From Oligoflexales bacterium (GTDB lineage Bacteria; Bdellovibrionota_B; Oligoflexia; Oligoflexales; JAPPIL01): a stretch of DNA of 64,000 nucleotides. Below are positions 8,885 through 18,121 of the stretch, in pieces. The translations under genes were made by a program, and so were the position numbers. The stretch covers positions 448,001 to 512,000 of the forward strand of contig OZ244057.1 of the NCBI GenBank assembly GCA_965215515.1, in the 5' to 3' direction. Under the pieces are notes generated by a model. The model was not told where the DNA came from. It saw nothing but the letters and a program-made list of their open reading frames with translations, and did no database searches. How positions within the stretch are numbered: position 1 is the stretch's first letter; each line of letters opens with the position of its first letter.

Positions 8885-9331
8885 TTATTCAGCTAGCACG
8901 TCAGGGAACACAGTTATCTCCCCCCGCACATCGTAAAGACAGAGATCGAAACGGCAATGATCGACATCAGGTTGGTGCGCGTTAAGAAAATGTTGTGCGC
9001 CACGCCTTAACGCCTTACGCTTGCGTGGAGTAATGAACTCAACTAGAGGGCGCGTCACGTCGCGCTGTCGTGCCTTGACCTCGATAAAAACCAAGTTACG
9101 TGCTTGGCGAGCGACGAGATCTATCTCAAACCCCCTACCACGATAATTACGTGCCAACACCTGCCAACCACGCGCCACCCACCACTCCGCAACCGCATCT
9201 TCGCCTTCACGAGCACGCCGATGCCAGGAAATCCTTGATGGGTGCGAAGTTACGGCGGTGCAGGGGGCAGATACCGTGGGCGCGGATTTTTTGGAGATGC
9301 AGACGTGTGCCATAACCGACATGCCGCTCAA
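8885..9331 (-). CDS. yraN: YraN family (UPF0102) protein; start uncertain
   Basis: LARNYR...EIDLVA..LVFIEVKAR, RFD; downstream of rnhB. Confidence 0.9.
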   Translation of the reverse strand: MSGMSVMAHVCISKKSAPTVSAPCTAVTSHPSRISWHRRAREGEDAVAEWWVARGWQVLARNYRGRGFEIDLVARQARNLVFIEVKARQRDVTRPLVEFITPRKRKALRRGAQHFLNAHQPDVDHCRFDLCLYDVRGEITVFPDVLAE

Positions 9332-9806
9332 AACAATACTGCGGATAACGCCTCGCCTGTGCCGTCATCCAACCGTCACGCACCACCTTCGCCACAATCG
9401 AGGCCGCGGCAATCTCCGCGTGCAGACGATCACCGCCGACAACCGCCTGCTGTGCACAGCCAACCCCAGGGACGACAAAACGTCCATCGACCCGTACCAG
9501 CTCAGGCACTGGCGACAGCAGACACAAAGCACGCCGCATGGCCAAAAAAGTAGCGGCCTGAATACCCTGCCGCTCGATCTCGACAACCCACGCGGCCGCG
9601 TAAGCATAGCTTCGCGCAACCCGCACGATGATAGGCAACACCTGCCTGCGTTGCCGTGCCGTCAGTTGCTTCGAATCACGTATCAGAGCGCGGCCAGCAG
9701 CAGGCAAACGCGCCAGCCTCCGCCGATCGAGCACCACGCCAGCCGCATACACAGGCCCCGCCCAACAGCCTCGCCCTACCTCGTCCAGGCCCGCGATCAC
9801 CGTCAA
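9207..9806 (-). CDS. rnhB: Ribonuclease HII
   Basis: AGLDEVGRG, DSKQL, IAAASIVAKV, HRRNF. Confidence 0.97.
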   Translation of the reverse strand: MTVIAGLDEVGRGCWAGPVYAAGVVLDRRRLARLPAAGRALIRDSKQLTARQRRQVLPIIVRVARSYAYAAAWVVEIERQGIQAATFLAMRRALCLLSPVPELVRVDGRFVVPGVGCAQQAVVGGDRLHAEIAAASIVAKVVRDGWMTAQARRYPQYCFERHVGYGTRLHLQKIRAHGICPLHRRNFAPIKDFLASACS

Positions 9807-10129
9807 CCGAGATTTTTTTCGAGCATAGCCGTTATTTTCTCTTTGGAAGCTCCGACCACGGTGTCGATGACCTCACCATCTTTGACGAGCACGAAGTAAG
9901 GGATCGAACGCACACCATAAGTCGCGGGCGTGTTGGCATTCTCATCGACGTTCAGCTTGCCGACCGTCACCTTCCCCTGCCACTCGGCCGCGATGGTCTC
10001 CACTGTCGGCGTGATCGAGACGCAGGGGCCACACCAAGGTGCCCAGAAATCCACCAACACTGGCTGTGACGACTTGAGTACCTCAGCATCAAAATTGTCG
10101 TCGGTAAAAACCTGCAAACCCACAATCAA
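9803..10129 (-). CDS. trxA: Thioredoxin
   Basis: DFWAPWCGPC. Confidence 0.97.
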   Translation of the reverse strand: MIVGLQVFTDDNFDAEVLKSSQPVLVDFWAPWCGPCVSITPTVETIAAEWQGKVTVGKLNVDENANTPATYGVRSIPYFVLVKDGEVIDTVVGASKEKITAMLEKNLG

Positions 10130-10197
10130 CTCTCCCCGTCCGATGCAAGACGAGCACGACTACCACTCGTGCCACACGACCGTCAACCAGCCGCAGG

Positions 10198-10227
10198 AAA
10201 AAGCCGAAGGTAATTACGCCCTCGGCT
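10198..10227 (-). terminator. Intrinsic terminator after the porin-like gene
   Basis: Minus strand AGCCGAGGG-loop-CCTTCGGCT followed by T run. Confidence 0.7.
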
Positions 10228-10255
10228 CTCGTTGCGACAATTCACTTCACCGCGG

Positions 10256-11485
10256 TCAGATTTTTCCGTAGACACCGAAACCGAAACTGTGGCTTGTCTG
10301 ATCCTCCGTCTCGCTGTCTTCTTCACCCCAGTCAGGATCGAGCTTGTGCATCTCCATCGTGTAGCGGAGATAAGGAATAAGCTTGTCATCCACGCAATTG
10401 ATTTCCATCCCAGCATCGAACACCATCATGTTGGTGGCGTACTTCTGGTAGTATTTGAGATCTTCGTAGCCCCCTTTGTGACCAGCAAACGTCGCTTCGA
10501 GCTTTTTCTCGTACGAGGTGTCCATCTGACCGTTATCGGTCTCGTCACCGTCGCCAGGAGTCATGAAGTTGCCTTCAATACCCGCCCGATCGTCATTGCT
10601 CGCGGTCAGCAGCGACAAACTCGCCCACGGTGCGAACATGCCATACTCGTAGCTAAGACCCGCCGTGTAGTTGCGATAGACGGTAGTGGTGGGATCTTCC
10701 TTGCCGCCGTCTTTGTTCTTGCGGTTGTCATGAATGTAATCGAGATGCACCGTCAAGTCGTGCAACGCAAGCTTCAAACCTGCTGTCAATAACCACGACT
10801 GCCACCTGTTGTTGGCCTCATCGTCATCGTCATTGCTGGCTTTGAAGTCATACATAGAAAACTGCAACAGAGGCGAGACCACTCCGAAGTCACCCCTGTA
10901 TTGCAAGTGACCAGTTATCGCCTCGTCGTCGTTATACCAACGCTTGTCGTCGTCGCTTGCCCTCACATCACTGCTAACCATCAACGACAACTCACCAAAA
11001 CCCTCGATCGGAGCGAAGATCCTTACCATCGGAGCATAAGTAGGGAAGGGGTTGTGGTAGCTCAGGTAGGGGGAAAGATACTCCTGCCAACCAGCGACAG
11101 CTAGCGCATCTCTACCGACCGCAACGCTCAAGTAACTGCGGGGCAAATCAGCGGTCACCCTAGCGACCTCCAACGGTGTCCTCCCTTCGTGATTCAACTT
11201 GACGAGGTTTAAGCTGAGACGCACCTTGATGTCATCCCACTTCTTACGGTAATGAACCGTGGCATCGTAAAGATCATGCTTGATCGCCCTGACTTTGAAA
11301 TCACCATCATCGTCGGTGTCTCGTCCAAGGTTTTCGTCGGTGACATACACACCCCAGTCGTACTCAAACTTAAACTTTTTCTTCCGTTTCTTGTCGTCCT
11401 CGCTACCAGCATCGGCATGGGCAAGCGAAGCCAGGCCAAAGACAAGGGTGGTGATCAGAAAACGCATAACTTCTCTCCTACACAA
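10256..11485 (-). CDS. Putative outer-membrane beta-barrel / porin-like protein
   Basis: Signal peptide (LASLAHA), amphipathic strands, acidic loops, terminal strand SFGFGVYGKI. Confidence 0.55.
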   Translation of the reverse strand: MCRREVMRFLITTLVFGLASLAHADAGSEDDKKRKKKFKFEYDWGVYVTDENLGRDTDDDGDFKVRAIKHDLYDATVHYRKKWDDIKVRLSLNLVKLNHEGRTPLEVARVTADLPRSYLSVAVGRDALAVAGWQEYLSPYLSYHNPFPTYAPMVRIFAPIEGFGELSLMVSSDVRASDDDKRWYNDDEAITGHLQYRGDFGVVSPLLQFSMYDFKASNDDDDEANNRWQSWLLTAGLKLALHDLTVHLDYIHDNRKNKDGGKEDPTTTVYRNYTAGLSYEYGMFAPWASLSLLTASNDDRAGIEGNFMTPGDGDETDNGQMDTSYEKKLEATFAGHKGGYEDLKYYQKYATNMMVFDAGMEINCVDDKLIPYLRYTMEMHKLDPDWGEEDSETEDQTSHSFGFGVYGKI

Positions 11486-11662
11486 GTGATTGTAATCAAA
11501 ACCCTACCCACTGCTAACAAGTTTATCTGCAAAAAAAAATAAAATCAAATAACTACAGCACAGATCGTTATTTTTTCTTCCATCATCACCCTTTACCTCT
11601 ACAATTCTACCTTGAATTTGGGGGCATTTCCTGCTTAAACTGCCCCACCGAAGGAGGCTAGG

Positions 11663-12019
11663 TTGAGTATCACTCTATCAGCGCGCGCTATCGCAAAAGC
11701 AGAAGAACTGCAATGTCACGCGGGAAAACCCAGTCTGCGTCTGTATCTCGAAGGGAAGGGGTGCGATGGTTTTTATTACGGTGTGGCTTTCGACCACCCC
11801 ACCACCCACGATCGCCACTTCCCACAAGGGCGAGTCGATGTTATCGTCGATGCCGACAGCCTGCGTTTTGTCACAGGCTCGACTATCGATTGGGTCGATG
11901 ACCAGCGCGGCCGCGGTTTTCTAGTCACCAACCCCGCCCACAAAAAATACCGCGGCAAGTTCTACAAAAAATCCTTCTGGCGCAAACAACTACTGCCTGC
12001 AGTACAGGAGGAGTCGTGA
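11663..12019 (+). CDS. HesB/IscA-family Fe-S assembly accessory protein
   Basis: LRLYLEGKGCDGFYY, GSTIDW, GFLVTNP; lacks the usual C-terminal CGCG. Confidence 0.75.
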   Translation: MSITLSARAIAKAEELQCHAGKPSLRLYLEGKGCDGFYYGVAFDHPTTHDRHFPQGRVDVIVDADSLRFVTGSTIDWVDDQRGRGFLVTNPAHKKYRGKFYKKSFWRKQLLPAVQEES

Positions 12020-12321
12020 AAAATTCCTGTACCGTCACCATCACCAAACCGCCTGCACCGTCTCGCACGTGGCAGGTGCGGCGTGGGCTGGGGTTTCAAG
12101 CCCTGTGTGCGCGACACACCGACACCCCCGTCGAGTTCGGTTGTCGTAACGCCGATTGCGGCACGTGCATCTTGCGTGTCGTGCAGGGCATGGCAAACCT
12201 CTCGCCGCGTAACGCGCAAGAGACAGATTTTTTGCAAGCCATGCGAGCTGACCCCGACGAACGCCTCGCCTGTCAGACCCGCATCATGGGCGACGTAGAA
12301 ATATACATCGATGCCGACTAA
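12016..12321 (+). CDS. 2Fe-2S ferredoxin
   Basis: FGCRNADCGTC...RLACQ. Confidence 0.9.
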   Translation: MKNSCTVTITKPPAPSRTWQVRRGLGFQALCARHTDTPVEFGCRNADCGTCILRVVQGMANLSPRNAQETDFLQAMRADPDERLACQTRIMGDVEIYIDAD

Positions 12322-13417
12322 AAGCCCCCTCACGACCAGCGCATATCTGTTTGCCTGCAGCCTGCTCGCACCGCTGCGCCGCGTGCGCTACGATCTCGGC
12401 AAGGAAATTACCGTGTTCCTTTGTGCTCTCACCGTCGCCGCCACCTTCGTCTATATCTTTCACGATTTTCTTAACCGAGCTGTTGCAGCCATCTCTCCCG
12501 CCATGCGCGACAGCTTTGCACACGTCGCTGCACTGCTCTGTACCGCCGTCATCGCCTTTCGTCTCGGTAAGTTTTTGTACCATGCCAACCACGATCGCTA
12601 TTGCCAATTTCAGCACCAGCTCGGCGCAGAACCTCGCCAGCTGCGCCGTTTTTTCTTGCTGCGCGGTAGCGGAGCACTGCTGCTGAGTGCCGCCAGCCTC
12701 GTGCTGCTCTGCCACCTGCTGTTGCGGGTGTCTTCTTTCACCTACCTCCTCGCTATCTCTCCGCCTGCGTTGTTGCTCGGTGCATACCTTGCCCGTCGTC
12801 CCCACCCCGTGCCGCAACGCCAGGCCCGTCAGCACACGCTGTTCTCGTGGCGCTGGCAGCAGATCATGCAAGGGGAACGTTTGCTGCTAGCCTGTGCAGC
12901 CAGTGCAGCAGCGAGCTGCTTGCCGTTGAGCTACTTGCACGCCCCCCTACAGCTGTACGGCGGTGCGGCACTCCTCTGCGGTTTGCTCGCCTCCTTTAGC
13001 TTGGCATCACAGGCCGCTCGTGACGCACAGTTTGCTTGGGCCGAGAGAAATTTCGGCATTTCACACGCCCAGTACGTCAGCACATGCGAAAAAATCGGAG
13101 TGAGCCTTGCCCTGTGCTGTGCCCTGTGCTGCGCATGTTGTTTTCTTGTCGGGCAACTGCTGTTCACCGCCGCGACATTCGCCCTGCTGCCTGCCGTGCT
13201 GAAAATTATCCTGCTAGCAGGACTGGCTCCCTTGCTGATGCCGCTGCTGCTGTTGCAGATCGATGTGCGTCGCCCCGCGGTACAGTACATCACCGCTACG
13301 CTGAGCGCTTTGTTTGTCGGCACTGCCATCCTTGCCAGCTGGTTCAGCGTGCTGCTCTACCCGCTCTTGCGCTGGTACGCCTTACGCTACGGCGACGGGA
13401 GGTTTTACCGCGCATGA
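12311..13417 (+). CDS. Polytopic membrane protein, probable ABC permease
   Basis: Many hydrophobic segments; coupled to the ABC ATPase gene. Confidence 0.55.
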   Translation: MPTKSPLTTSAYLFACSLLAPLRRVRYDLGKEITVFLCALTVAATFVYIFHDFLNRAVAAISPAMRDSFAHVAALLCTAVIAFRLGKFLYHANHDRYCQFQHQLGAEPRQLRRFFLLRGSGALLLSAASLVLLCHLLLRVSSFTYLLAISPPALLLGAYLARRPHPVPQRQARQHTLFSWRWQQIMQGERLLLACAASAAASCLPLSYLHAPLQLYGGAALLCGLLASFSLASQAARDAQFAWAERNFGISHAQYVSTCEKIGVSLALCCALCCACCFLVGQLLFTAATFALLPAVLKIILLAGLAPLLMPLLLLQIDVRRPAVQYITATLSALFVGTAILASWFSVLLYPLLRWYALRYGDGRFYRA

Positions 13418-14109
13418 TGACCCTGACAGATATTCGCAAAACCTTCGCGGCGGGTTTCCAACTCGGTGCAGTCAACCTGCAGGTCGACGCAGGGGAGACA
13501 CTCGGTGTGCTGGGCAAGAACGGTGCGGGGAAATCCACCCTCTTCAACCTGATGACCGCGAACCTCGATCCCGATGCGGGAGAGATAACTTTTCGCCAGC
13601 AGCGGCTTACCCCCGCAACCTATACCCTGAAAAAAGCGTTGGGCTTCCTGCCCCAAGCCCCTGTCTTTCCCCCCTGGGTATGCGGCGAGGAACTGCTGTG
13701 CTACGCCGCTCGCCTCTATCGTTTAACTAGCACCCAAGTTGTGCCGCAGGCGTTGCAACGTTGGGACTGTGTTCACTACAAGAACTTGCCCCTGACCCTC
13801 TGTTCACACGGCATGCAGAAAAGAATCGGCCTGGCTATAGCCACCCTGCACCAACCCCCGCTGCTGGTACTGGACGAACCCTTCTCTGGTCTCGATGTCT
13901 TTCATCTCAAGACCCTGCACGAATTGCTCGCCAACCGCAAACGACAGCAGCTCAGCAACGTGCTCAGCACACACATCTTACCGCTCGCGGCACAGCTGTG
14001 CGATCGTGCGGTCGTGCTAAAAAACGGCAACCTACACCCGCTGCCCGATTGGGCACAGCTGAACCACGAACAACGCAGCGCAGCACTGGCACGGCTGCTC
14101 TTTGCCTGA
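13414..14109 (+). CDS. ABC transporter ATP-binding protein
   Basis: GKNGAGKST, SHGMQKR, LVLDEP, STH; start placed at ATGA overlap. Confidence 0.92.
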   Translation: MMTLTDIRKTFAAGFQLGAVNLQVDAGETLGVLGKNGAGKSTLFNLMTANLDPDAGEITFRQQRLTPATYTLKKALGFLPQAPVFPPWVCGEELLCYAARLYRLTSTQVVPQALQRWDCVHYKNLPLTLCSHGMQKRIGLAIATLHQPPLLVLDEPFSGLDVFHLKTLHELLANRKRQQLSNVLSTHILPLAAQLCDRAVVLKNGNLHPLPDWAQLNHEQRSAALARLLFA

Positions 14110-14231
14110 GTTTTACCGCCCACACGAGGGAAGGTCAGGCGGCAAGAAATTGACACTGCCGTCAACTTGCCGATGCTATCTGGAGTCGGAATTTTGGCAC
14201 TCATGCCTCCGATACCCTGTCGTTACAGAGC

Positions 14232-14247
14232 TGGCACGTTTTTTGCT
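14232..14247 (+). promoter_or_regulatory. sigma54 (-24/-12) promoter
   Basis: TGGCACG-TTTT-TTGCT, exact consensus. Confidence 0.8.
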
Positions 14248-14302
14248 CAGAGCCTGAGGTGAATGGTTGTTCTGGAAAAATTTAATCACGGAGAGTGTAA
14301 TC

Positions 14303-14593
14303 ATGTCAGCTGTGGAGAACCTCGACTCGTTGGATTGGATTCAGAAGCTACCCATCGGGATTGCGATCAAGGATTTGGAAACGCAGTTCATTCTGCAAAC
14401 CCTGAAGCACCACAACGGTAACCGCACGCATGCCGCGCGCACTCTGGGTATCAGTCTGCGTACGTTACGTAACCGCATCAACGAGTTGACAGGTCTCGGT
14501 TTTGCTGTTGCACCACCCTCGCCACGCCGTCAGGTGGAAGTGTCTGGCAAAGACGTTACTGGCAAGAATGACAACACACTGCTAAGCTTCTGA
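14303..14593 (+). CDS. Stand-alone Fis-type HTH protein
   Basis: LETQFILQTLKHHNGNRTHAARTLGISLRTLRNRI; GGAG RBS before ATG 14303. Confidence 0.85.
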   Translation: MSAVENLDSLDWIQKLPIGIAIKDLETQFILQTLKHHNGNRTHAARTLGISLRTLRNRINELTGLGFAVAPPSPRRQVEVSGKDVTGKNDNTLLSF

Positions 14594-14653
14594 GGTCGCC
14601 CGCAGAACCGAGCTACGGAATGAGGCGAGGTACGGGCACGGCTTGTACTGTGT

Positions 14654-15514
14654 TCAGACACGCCGCACGCTAACTGCAACTTCGAGCTGGGTGTTGCCTC
14701 CACCCTGGCGGGTGCCGCGGGTCGGGGGCACGTCCTGGTAATCACGGCCGCGCGCGATACACACGTGGCGGGCATCGTTGTAACTGCAGTTGGTGGGATC
14801 GAAACCGACCCAGCCGCGCCCTGGCAGCAGGCATTCCACCCATGCGTGCGTGGCATCGCTCGCTGCCTGTTCGTACCGCTGACCAGTCGTGCACAGATAG
14901 CCAGACACGTAGCGGGTCGGAATGCCCCACGCCCGTGCAATGGCGATCATGACATGTGCATAGTCCTGACACACGCCTTGCCGTGTCGCGAGGATATGGT
15001 CGAGCGACGACTCGACCGAAGTGCTGCCTGGCACGTACTCGAAACACTCGAACAACCTGCCGTTCAAGCGCCGCAAACTCGTCAGCGGATCAGCGGTCAG
15101 TACTACCCCGTTGTCCCGCATAAAATTTTCTAGCGCGGCGGACGGTGTGGTCATAGCACTCGCATGCGTAAAATCCCACAGCTCGAAAGAATTTTGCCAA
15201 CCGCGCACCACCTGCCATGCGTCCGTGGTGAGTGCCGCGGGAAGCGGAGTCGGACACAGAGCGACTTCGGCCTGCATAGTGATCTTCACCTCACCGTGAG
15301 GGCGATGGATACTGAAGTAGTGGTAGTAATTGCCGAAACTATCCCGCTCGCGACTCAATGTCGCCGCAGGTTCGATGTGCAGCGCAAACTCCTGCAACTG
15401 CTGCTGCCCGTCTTGCCGCGGCTGCAGACATAGTGCCATCACGCTCCCGCGGGCGGGCAGCTGGTAACGGTAGTGCGAAATATGTTCAATCTGGTAACGG
15501 ACTGTCTCACTCAT
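14654..15514 (-). CDS. Transglutaminase-like protein
   Basis: GVCQDYAH, RYVSGY, HAW, GFDPTN, GRDY.DV; start MSETV overlaps upstream stop. Confidence 0.92.
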   Translation of the reverse strand: MSETVRYQIEHISHYRYQLPARGSVMALCLQPRQDGQQQLQEFALHIEPAATLSRERDSFGNYYHYFSIHRPHGEVKITMQAEVALCPTPLPAALTTDAWQVVRGWQNSFELWDFTHASAMTTPSAALENFMRDNGVVLTADPLTSLRRLNGRLFECFEYVPGSTSVESSLDHILATRQGVCQDYAHVMIAIARAWGIPTRYVSGYLCTTGQRYEQAASDATHAWVECLLPGRGWVGFDPTNCSYNDARHVCIARGRDYQDVPPTRGTRQGGGNTQLEVAVSVRRV

Positions 15515-16485
15515 GACGGAGGCGGCTGATCGGCAACGTCGTAATCGAACCAACGTGCCGCAAGCAGGAGATCGAGTTGACGCAGCTGCAGGTGGCATTC
15601 TCCCAGGTCGGTCTGTGTACTCGCCGTAGCTGGAGGAGAAGCACAAAAGCGGCGCGCTATTCTTTCACTGAACTGTTGCAAAGATCGATCTTGGGACGCA
15701 GTCGCGGTCGATAGTGCGTCGATTTCACGCTGCACATGCAGCATCGTGTATGCCAGCGAGTGCGGCAGTAGAGGATCGTTACACAGCAGTTGCGCAGCTG
15801 GCACAGGATCGATGTGGCCAGGGTGATGCCACTGGTAAGTATCGAGGGCCTGGTAAAAACGCAGCAAACTCACCCAGTCGGCAGTATGGATGGTGTTTTG
15901 GGCACGGCAGAGCTGTTGTTGAGCCTGCAGCAGAGCGCTAGTCTGTTGGGCACGTTCTATGGCGCGGCCGAGTTGCAGAAAATGCCAGCCCTGAGCACGA
16001 TACATGGTAGTGGCCGTTATGCCTGCAAAGGCAGCGAGCTGCTCGCTGATGCGGGCGTAGAAGTTTTCTGGGGTCGGTTGCCAAATTTTTTCCAAACTGC
16101 TGTCCTGTAAGCGCAACCAAGCACGATTGAGGCACATCCACATCTCGAAGCTGAGGTAGTTGCGCGCTTGACGTGCACTCTCCCGTCCGCGCGCAAAACA
16201 ACTGCGCAGCGAGTCAGGGTTGGAAGTTTCGAAAGTCAAATCGTCGGCCAGGGTATAAGCATCGGCCAGGGTAAGATCATCGTCGTGATAAACTTCGAAA
16301 TCGACCGTCGCCACAGGAGGGCGGCGGTGCTGGCTGGTATAGATGCGTCGCCAGCCGTAGTGTATTTCTCGCCGTGGGCGATCGACCAGCGTCTCCACCT
16401 GGAGTTGCAGCAAACGGCATAGGTGCTCGGCACGGACGAGATAACGGGAGAGCCAGTATAAATTTTGGGCGCTGCGAGCTAGCAT
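15511..16485 (-). CDS. Alpha-E domain protein
   Basis: MLARSAQNLYWLSRYLVRAE...LGRAIERA. Confidence 0.9.
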   Translation of the reverse strand: MLARSAQNLYWLSRYLVRAEHLCRLLQLQVETLVDRPRREIHYGWRRIYTSQHRRPPVATVDFEVYHDDDLTLADAYTLADDLTFETSNPDSLRSCFARGRESARQARNYLSFEMWMCLNRAWLRLQDSSLEKIWQPTPENFYARISEQLAAFAGITATTMYRAQGWHFLQLGRAIERAQQTSALLQAQQQLCRAQNTIHTADWVSLLRFYQALDTYQWHHPGHIDPVPAAQLLCNDPLLPHSLAYTMLHVQREIDALSTATASQDRSLQQFSERIARRFCASPPATASTQTDLGECHLQLRQLDLLLAARWFDYDVADQPPPS

Positions 16486-17913
16486 TTACTGCTCCACCAC
16501 CCATAGGTCTTTGCCTCCCCCGCCTTGCGAGGAATTGACCACCAGACTACCTTCCCGCAACGCGACCCGACAGAACGCCCCAGGCACAATGCGAGTTTCT
16601 CGGCCATGCAGAATGAAGGGACGCAAATCAACATGGCGCGGCTTTGCACGCGTCTCGACCACGCACGGCGCACGGGATAGCGGCAGGGTCGGCTGTGCTA
16701 TGTAGCCGCTAGGGTTCGCGCGCAAGCGTTTTCGAAACACCTCCCGCGCGCACTCGCTGGCATGCGGCCCGACCAGCATGTCGTAGCCGCCCGCACCATC
16801 GACACGCTTGACAACCAGCTCGGCAAGGTGGTCAAGTGTGTAGGCGAGGTGGTCAGGACGGCGGCAGAGGTAGGTGGCTACGTTGGCGAGCAGCGGCTCG
16901 GCATGCAGGTAGTAGCGAATCATGTCGGGCACGTAGGCGTAGACACTCTTGTCATCGGCGATGCCGCTGCCAGGTGCGTTGGCAAGAGCGACGTTGCCGA
17001 GCTTAAAAGCGTGCAATAGCCCTGGCACACCGAGCAGCGAGTCGGGGCGAAAGACGAGAGGGTCGATAAAATCGTCGTCGATGCGGCGGTAGATGACATC
17101 GACTTGCCGCAACCCGCTAGTAGTGCGCATGTAGACATGACCGTTACTGACCAAGAGGTCGCGCCCCTCCACCAACTCGGCTCCGATCTCCTGCGCCAAG
17201 AAGATATGCTCGTAGAACGCGGCGTTGTAAACCCCAGGGGTAAGCAAGGCGATACAGGGATTGGGTTTATCGCTCAGTTCGAGCAGCGTAGTGCGCAACA
17301 TCGCACCGTAGTGTTCTACCTCGCGCACTTTGTAACTGCGGTAGAGGTAGCGCAGGTTTGATTTTATTACCCGACGGTTAGCGATCATATAGGCAACCCC
17401 TGAAGGCACGCGTAAATTGTCTTCCAGCACGAAGAAACCCGCGTTGGTGCGCACGATGTCCGTGCCACAGACGGCGACCCAGGTATGGTGGGGAACGTCA
17501 ACGCCGCGCATGGCAAGGCGATAATGCGGGCAACCGCGTACCATCGCGGCGGGTATTACCCCGTCGGCCACGATACGTGCCTCGTGATAGACATCTTGCA
17601 GAAACATGTTCAGTGCTCGCAGACGTTGCGTCAGTCCCGCGGCCAGCTGTTGCCACTCATGACCCGTCAACAGCCGCGGCATGCAGTCGATCGGGATAAT
17701 GCGCTCCGCCGCCTCCCCCTCGCCATAGACCGTGAAGGTGATGCCAGCGCGGTTAAACGAGCGTGCCACCCGCTCCTGCATGTCGGTAATCTCTGCCGCA
17801 GGCAGTTGCTGCAACGCTCGATACAACAGGTGACAGTGAGGGTGAGGTTTGCCGTTGCTCTGAAACATCTCGTCATAGAAGCAAGGGTCGATTTCGTAGC
17901 TGGAAAAATCCAA
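16486..17913 (-). CDS. Circularly permuted type 2 ATP-grasp protein (start uncertain)
   Basis: YDEM, LEDNLRVPSG, YRRIDDDFIDP, ADDKSVY, RHVDLRPF, NSSQGGGGKD. Confidence 0.93.
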   Translation of the reverse strand: MDFSSYEIDPCFYDEMFQSNGKPHPHCHLLYRALQQLPAAEITDMQERVARSFNRAGITFTVYGEGEAAERIIPIDCMPRLLTGHEWQQLAAGLTQRLRALNMFLQDVYHEARIVADGVIPAAMVRGCPHYRLAMRGVDVPHHTWVAVCGTDIVRTNAGFFVLEDNLRVPSGVAYMIANRRVIKSNLRYLYRSYKVREVEHYGAMLRTTLLELSDKPNPCIALLTPGVYNAAFYEHIFLAQEIGAELVEGRDLLVSNGHVYMRTTSGLRQVDVIYRRIDDDFIDPLVFRPDSLLGVPGLLHAFKLGNVALANAPGSGIADDKSVYAYVPDMIRYYLHAEPLLANVATYLCRRPDHLAYTLDHLAELVVKRVDGAGGYDMLVGPHASECAREVFRKRLRANPSGYIAQPTLPLSRAPCVVETRAKPRHVDLRPFILHGRETRIVPGAFCRVALREGSLVVNSSQGGGGKDLWVVEQ

Positions 17914-18121
17914 CGCGCTAACTCGAAAACGGAAGTGAACCTTCGCCCCTGCTACCGCAAGGAGAAAAATTTTGCAAGCTGGGGTTTTGCAGAGACAGTG
18001 TACGTCACAGACAAGCCTGTGTTGTCTGCAGAAGTTGACGAGGGGCGCGGTTCTTCTGCAAGTGAGCGACTGTTGCCTTCGCTGACCAGCTAGACTAGTA
18101 TGCTCCCGCCTGCAGGGGGGC

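Noticed and set aside
9207..9331. rnhB-yraN frameshift fusion (no clear yraN start near its domain boundary)
   Set aside because: No convincing slippery site, and upstream in-frame ATGs exist
11663..12321. HesB/ferredoxin as dedicated partners of the SspD-like enzyme
   Set aside because: Outside the island, core-like composition, and separated by housekeeping genes
13036..13413. N-terminal extension of the ABC ATPase (likewise track starts at 15646, 18156, 27562, 37135, 41635, 48353, 56623, 56690)
   Set aside because: Longest-ORF artefacts that overlap neighbouring genes; internal starts fit better
14195..14210. Second TGGCAC upstream of the Fis-like gene
   Set aside because: No correctly spaced -12 GC element
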